The notes beneath the pieces are model-generated. The model was not told where the DNA came from and made no database searches. It saw only the letters and a list, made by a program, of their open reading frames with translations. The translations under genes and the position numbers were made by a program. A DNA stretch of 64,000 nucleotides from Eledone cirrhosa (lineage: Eukaryota). Location: contig OZ024757.1 of assembly GCA_964016885.1 (NCBI GenBank), positions 18,104,001-18,168,000 of the forward strand, in the 5' to 3' direction. Shown here piece by piece: positions 57,021-64,000 of the stretch (its first letter is position 1; the number at the start of each line of letters is the position of its first letter).

Positions 57021-57183
57021 AGAAAGTTTTCGGAGAAGTGTTGCTAGACTCAATACATGTGGATATATAATGTGAGAGTTGTTTTATTTTTAAAGAGGTC
57101 TTGTAGAGGTTAATCGGTGAATATTGGAACAAATTGATATCTGCAAACCAGACTTTATCACACACACAGACACACACATACAT

Positions 57184-57223
<40 letters not shown>

Positions 57224-57348
57224 TTCGTAATGGAAATAATTCTGATTGTAAAGAACACAAAAGGAAAATCACTTATCTTTTGTCATGAAACGCTTTAAAA
57301 CAAGATTTCTCTCACACGTCATACAACAACAACAACAACAACAACAAC

Positions 57349-57398
<50 letters not shown>

Positions 57399-57641
57399 TA
57401 ATAATTTTGACATGTCCGGTGATTAATTCATTATTACACAGCTGATATTAACAAATAACTCAATGAGAGGTTAAAACAACGATGGTACAATATAGGATTT
57501 ATATTTAGCTACTACTACTACTACTACTGCTACTATAACAACAACAACAACTATTCGACAACTACGACCACCATAACTACCACAAAAACAATAACTACTA
57601 CTACTGCTACTACTCCTACTACTACTAATATTAATATTATA

Positions 57642-57704
57642 TATTCCATTATACATATTTCAAAGGTACGATGGTGTTTAAGTACGTTTTCATCAGACAA
57701 AATA
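57642..57704 (-). ncRNA. Type I hammerhead ribozyme (family H1)
   Basis: TATTTTGT-CTGATGA-AAACGTAC..GTACCTTT-GAAA-TATGTA-TA-ATGGAATA. Confidence 0.7.
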
Positions 57705-57861
57705 TAAGATTTGATATGTGACATACCGCTATTCAATTCCAGTATTGGCGGTCGAGTGCTTCTATTCTATTGTAAAATTGTATTCGTTGATTAATCAACG
57801 AACCATATTAATCTTTGGTCATATATACATATATATATATATTCATACATATATATATATA

Positions 57862-57899
<38 letters not shown>

Positions 57900-57903
<4 letters not shown>

Positions 57904-58065
57904 TACGTTATTCCGGGTTGAATGAATCGGAGGTAACCACAGTAAGTAAGGTACTTAATACATAGCAGAGTATAAAAGTTTTAATATAGATGATATTCTA
58001 CAGGACTAGAACTGTTTCATTATTTAGAAATCATCACTGATGATTTCTAAAGAATGAAACAGTTG
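57900..58065. mobile_element. Family H2 module with inversion centred on CTGATGA
   Basis: Arms 58010-58036 and 58038-58064; minus-strand body homologous to 19443-19572. Confidence 0.72.
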
Positions 58066-58482
58066 TTTCATCTATATATATATATGTATATATATATATA
58101 TAAAAATTATCATAGAGATATACACATATATCTATATGTGTATGGAAATATATTTATTTATTCAATGTAAACGTCCGTATAGAGCTAGTATGCCATGACA
58201 GACTAGGGGAAGTATCGAGTATTCCTTATAGTTGGTAATTAATTAGGGCTAGTGAGACAATAAAAAGACAAGAAAATAAAGATCTAAAATCTAAAATATA
58301 ACTAAAAAAGGGGAAAAGGGGGTAAATCAAACAACAAAAATAACATTTATATATATATGTGTGTGTGTGTGTATGTATGTGTGCGTGTGTGTATGCCTAT
58401 AGGTTTCTCTATATAAGTCTATGAGCGTAAGCATATATAAATGTGTCTATATATCCATATATATATATAGAGAGAGAGAGAC

Positions 58483-58520
<38 letters not shown>

Positions 58521-58526
<6 letters not shown>

Positions 58527-58801
58527 GATATTAACAAATGGAAACTATATTTATAAAACCATATCTATTTTATTATACATATTTCAAGGATACCATGTTA
58601 AATTATGGTATGCTTTCATCAGACAAAATACAATATATACCAGTTTTATAAATAAATATTGACATACCCTTTCAAAATGCAACCGTTACTTTTGGAATCC
58701 ATCAGAAGACATACCATAATTTAACTTGGTATCCTTGAAATATGTATAATAAAATAGATATGGTTTTATAAATATAGTTTCCATTTGTTAATATCGTATA
58801 T
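58521..58801. repeat. Inverted repeat with arms of about 92 bp and a spacer of about 97 bp
   Basis: 58521-58612 is the reverse complement of 58710-58801. Confidence 0.92.
58566..58630 (-). ncRNA. Type I hammerhead ribozyme (family H1)
   Basis: TATTTTGT-CTGATGA-AAGCATACCAT-AATTTAAC-ATGGTATCCTT-GAAA-TATGTA-TA-ATAAAATA. Confidence 0.78.
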
Positions 58802-58886
58802 TTACTCCAAATACTTGTCGAGTGCTTTATATCAGTTATAAAAATATTTGCTTGTTGTATCCCAACACTTTAAATAGAACTTTTGC

Positions 58887-59011
<125 letters not shown>

Positions 59012-59162
59012 TATGTGTATGCATATAGGTTTCTGTATATAAGTCTATGAGCGTATGCATATACATGTAAGCATATATAAATGTGTCTATATATCCATAT
59101 ATACGTATATATAGAGAGATAGATAGATAGTTAGATCGTTATATATGTGTGTTTGTTTGTGA

Positions 59163-59251
<89 letters not shown>

Positions 59252-61049
59252 TGTGCGTGTGTGTGTGTGAATATATGTATGTATGAATGAATGCATGTAT
59301 GAATGTAACACACACACACGTATGTGCGCTTGTGTGTAAGTGAGAGTGTGAACGTGTGGGACTGTGTGTGTATGTGTGTGTGTATGTGTGTGTATGTGTA
59401 TGTGTGTGTGTATATGTGTGTGTATGTGTGTGTGTGTGTATGTGTGTATATGTGTGTGTGAGTGTTTGTATAGATACCTATTCATACAGTACATTATGAT
59501 ATAAATACACAACAACACTTCCTTTCTCTCCCTCTTCTATCTCTTCATCTAACTTCCTCTACCCACTACCCTCTTCTCTCTCTCTCTCTCTCACAGACGT
59601 ATATATTGTACGTTCACTTATTTCTCTCTTTCCCTCTGTTCAATATATTTCGCCTATTGTACATATTATCTTTATATCGATATTTATGATAGTCAATATG
59701 TAAATGCGACCAGGCGTGCAAAACATTTTTCAAATATATCACAAACACGATTTCTTGAGTATGGCTTTGTCATCGTAAATTACTTAGCCTGTTGTTCTAA
59801 TCGTAGATGAAATTTTGGTGCTTCGTAGAAATCACAGGGCCACATAATCTTATGTGTAATTTTTAGCCAAAACAACAGCTATAAGTCATATATAGTTGTA
59901 TATATGTCTTTCCAACATAAAGTTCTTTCTTTTTCCTCGCCATTCTTGCCATTTGCCATTTTCCAGCTACATTAAGAGAAAACAAATAGGCCTCTCATAA
60001 TTCCACTTCATCTTGTGTTTCTACAGAAGAACTTGTAAGAGGGGAGGAAAGCTTGCCAAATAATATTACGAACATATAGGAAATGTAAGAATACATAAAC
60101 TATGAAATAAATTCAGATGAAGAGATGAGAGGGGAAAGTGAGGGTTGAGCTGGTTTCGTTTAGAATATAGATGCCCCATAATAGATAAGATATGTAAAGA
60201 AGGATGCATTAGAATGATATATATAAGAGAGAAATATGAGAAAACGTCGCGCAAAACACTTAAGGAGATTCAAATGGGCGAATGAATTTGGAGGCGTACA
60301 AGGGTTATAAAGAAGCGCAGTCAATATTAGAGACAGTAAATATTTCCAATTGACATGAAAGATCGGGAGTCATTTATTGCAGTAATATAAAATGATTAGT
60401 TGCGCTCCGGAGGTTAGCCATTTTACGGTGATTTTTTGCTTCACTAAGAATTTATTGGAATCCTAGCAAAATCTTTATTAAATATAATCTTTGCAGTTTT
60501 CTATTTAAACTGCCGTTACTTGATTGTGTGTAGTGTGTATAAAATTATTTCTCGTTGACAAAGTTTTGGCAAAGATGAGTAGATAGAATAAAGGGGTGAT
60601 TTTGTTGCGGATAAAGCTAGTTGCTTGGCAAGATGGCTGATTTGTTTAAGAGTACAACAGATGTAAAACCAGACTGCGCTGTATGGTGTAACAAAGACAC
60701 GAATTAGATTTAGTATAATAGAATCAAACAGGAAGGAAAAAGAGGAAATATGTAAATACTCTCCATTATCTACTATCTCCATTCAGTCATTTCCCTATAC
60801 ACTACTTTGATAGACTTGTAAAGGTTAAATTGAACATTTATGCTTTTTGAAATTGGTCATGTTTTCGCTTTGGAGTGCGGATCTCTCTTGCCTCAGTAAT
60901 AAATCTCTTTGTCATACAGCCTTGCATGACGCAATGTTATTGTAATGGAGTCAGAAGGCACTGTTTCGTATTTTGCATAATTTTAACATAAACTCTCCAT
61001 TTAACAATGCATAGCGGAGTTTCAAGCTCTGTGAAGTCAAATATTCTAT

Positions 61050-61427
61050 TGTATATATATATTTATATCTATATAATGTATAAATATGTATGTATGTATG
61101 TATGTTTATATGTATATATGTATGTTTATATGTATATAATGTATAAATATGTATGTATGTATGTTTGTTTATATGTATATAATGTATAAATATGTATGTA
61201 TGTAAGTTTGTATGTATATAATGTATAAATATGTATGTATGTAAGTTTATATGTATATAATGTATAAATATGTATGTATGTGTTAAGGTAGCTAAGAAGA
61301 TATGTATATATGTGTGTATGTAGGTAGGTAAGTGTGTATGTATATATATATATATATGTACACACACACACATATATATATATTATACACACACATATGT
61401 ATATATGTCTATATATACACACACATA

Positions 61428-61487
<60 letters not shown>

Positions 61488-61873
61488 CTGTGTGTGTGTG
61501 TGTGTGTATGCGTGTGTATGTATATAAACATTCATATTCACATACATATACAATAATATTAAGTGTACATATATACATATATTTATATTGGCAAATGATA
61601 AGAGTCATATGTGTGTATGTATATATGTGCATGTACGTGTGTGTGGGTGCATGTACGTGTGTATGTATATATATATGTATATATGTATGTATATATGCAT
61701 GTATGTATATACGAATGTATATATGCATATACGATAGCTATGTATGTATGTTCAGTTTATAAGCTAAAGGTACGTGATATCTGCTACTTCAATACAATAT
61801 ACACCCTACGTTTGACCTATTGTGTTGAAGGCAGACAATAAAATTATAAATAGCTATATATCTATCTATCTAT

Positions 61874-61913
<40 letters not shown>

Positions 61914-62044
61914 CTAACTATATATATCTAACTAACTATATATATATAAATATATATATTATTATATATATATATATATATAAATATATATTATATATAT
62001 AAATATATATTATATATATTATTATATATATATATATATATAAC

Positions 62045-62078
<34 letters not shown>

Positions 62079-62280
62079 TATATTATATATATATATAAAT
62101 ATATATTATTATATATATATATAAATATATATTATTATTATATATATATATATATAACTAACTATATATATATATATATAAATATATATTATTATATATA
62201 TATATATATAAATATATATTATTATATATATATATATATATAACTAACTATATATAAATATATATTATTATATATATATA

Positions 62281-62320
<40 letters not shown>

Positions 62321-63290
62321 TATATTATATATATTATTATATACATACATATATCTTATATACATACACACTCACATATATAAATACACACATACATACA
62401 TATATATATTCTGTAGAATTTTACACTCCTGACTATATATTATTGTATTCAGCTATTTCAATTCATGTGCCTCTCCTCTCCTCATATATGCACAAATCAG
62501 GCTATACATGTTTAGAGATTCAAACACACACACACACGCGCACACACACGCGCGCACGCACGCACACAGACACACACACACACACACACACACATTGTGT
62601 GGAAGGAAATATATTTATCTGTGTGATACGATATCTATATCTATCAATTATCTCTTTCATATATATGTATGTGTATATATATAAACATTCATATACATAC
62701 ATACATGCATACACACACATACATACACATATATACATACATACATACACACATACATACACGTATATACATACATACATACACATATATACATACATAC
62801 ACACATACACATATATACATACATACACACACATACATACACATATATACATACTTACAAACGCATACATACATATATACATACATGCACATGCATACAC
62901 ATATATACATACACACATACACATATATACATACACACACACACGCATACATACACATATATACATACATACACACACATTCATACACATATATACATGC
63001 ATACATACATACATACACACATACATACACATATATACATACATACATACATACACACATATACACACATACACACATACATACACATATATACATACAT
63101 ACACACATGCACATATATACATACATGCACATACATACACACACACACATATATACATACACACACACATATGCATACTTACACACACATACATACATAT
63201 ATACATACACACATATACATACATGCACACACACACACACACGCACACATACATACTCATATATACATACATAGATATACATACATATAT
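61050..63290. repeat. Compound TATG/TA/CATA microsatellite blocks
   Basis: Directly visible. Confidence 0.9.
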
Positions 63291-63618
63291 ATATAAAGAA
63301 TTAGTATATCTACCAAAATATATATACAGATGCATACCTATGCTAGCAAATATATAGGTTTTGTCTTAGTAACTTTGTGGTTCAATGCAAGGGGATGCAG
63401 AACAATTATATGAAAGACGTAAAGTAAGAAAATTATAAAAATTAACTTACTTTACGTCTTTCATATAATTGTTCTGCATCCCCTTGCATTGAACCACAAA
63501 GTTACTAAGACAAAACCTATATATTTGCTAGCATAGGTATGCATCTGTATTTATATGTTGGTAGATATACTAATTCTTTATATATATATATGTATGTATA
63601 TCTATGTATGTATATATG
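63260..63618. repeat. Long inverted repeat, arms of about 170 bp or more, 17-bp loop
   Basis: ..GAAAGACGTAAAGTAAG / CTTACTTTACGTCTTTC..; the symmetry continues into the flanking microsatellite. Confidence 0.95.
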
Positions 63619-63782
63619 TGTATGTGTGTGTATGTATATATGTGTATGTATGTGTGTGTGTGTAAGTATGTATATATGTGTATGTATGTGTGTGGGTGTC
63701 TGTATGTATATATCTGTATGTGTGTATATATATATGTGTATGTATGTATTTATGTGTATATATATGTATATATGTGTGTGTA

Positions 63783-63842
<60 letters not shown>

Positions 63843-63844
63843 CA

Positions 63845-64000
63845 TGACGGTTGCAACTCGATTTCGAGTAATGCCATAGCTTGATACTTAAGCATGAACA
63901 TCACAGACGCGGATTTTCAGTCCTGCCAGGGTCTTGCCTATGGCCAGCCATGCCATGCATCGCAGCATATGCCACATATCAAGCGATGCCGGTACTGCAA
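63845..64000 (-). mobile_element. RTE-type 3' end fragment
   Basis: Minus frames ICGIC..KTLAGLKI..H* followed by CTCGAAATCGAGTTGCAACC, similar to the 3' end at 39410-39435. Confidence 0.55.

Noticed and set aside
55257-57053. 598-aa ORF
   Set aside because: Translation of the 23-bp minisatellite; no domain content

Overview
Repeat-saturated, AT-rich animal genomic DNA with no host exon I can support. The SINE families and the (TA)n/(CA)n/(TACA)n/(TAA)n density suggest a coleoid cephalopod such as Octopus (inference). Nearly all long ORFs in the track are microsatellite or minisatellite artefacts. The recognisable content is: many tRNA-derived SINEs; decayed CR1, RTE, Tx1-like, CRE and R4/Dong-like LINE fragments; two Penelope-like (PLE) GIY-YIG fragments; a pogo-family transposon with both TIRs; an internally deleted mariner; a non-autonomous Helitron; and 23-, 35-, 41- and 171-bp tandem repeats. 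The most interesting layer is a set of short non-coding modules in or beside microsatellites that carry type-I hammerhead ribozyme (HHR) folds (CUGANGA...GAAA...UH, palindromic stem III, covarying stems). Many are arranged as head-to-head inverted repeats, and three of these turn exactly at the ribozyme core. I interpret them as PLE pLTR-derived or retrozyme-like elements (inference). All folds were paired by eye; no search or folding program was run.
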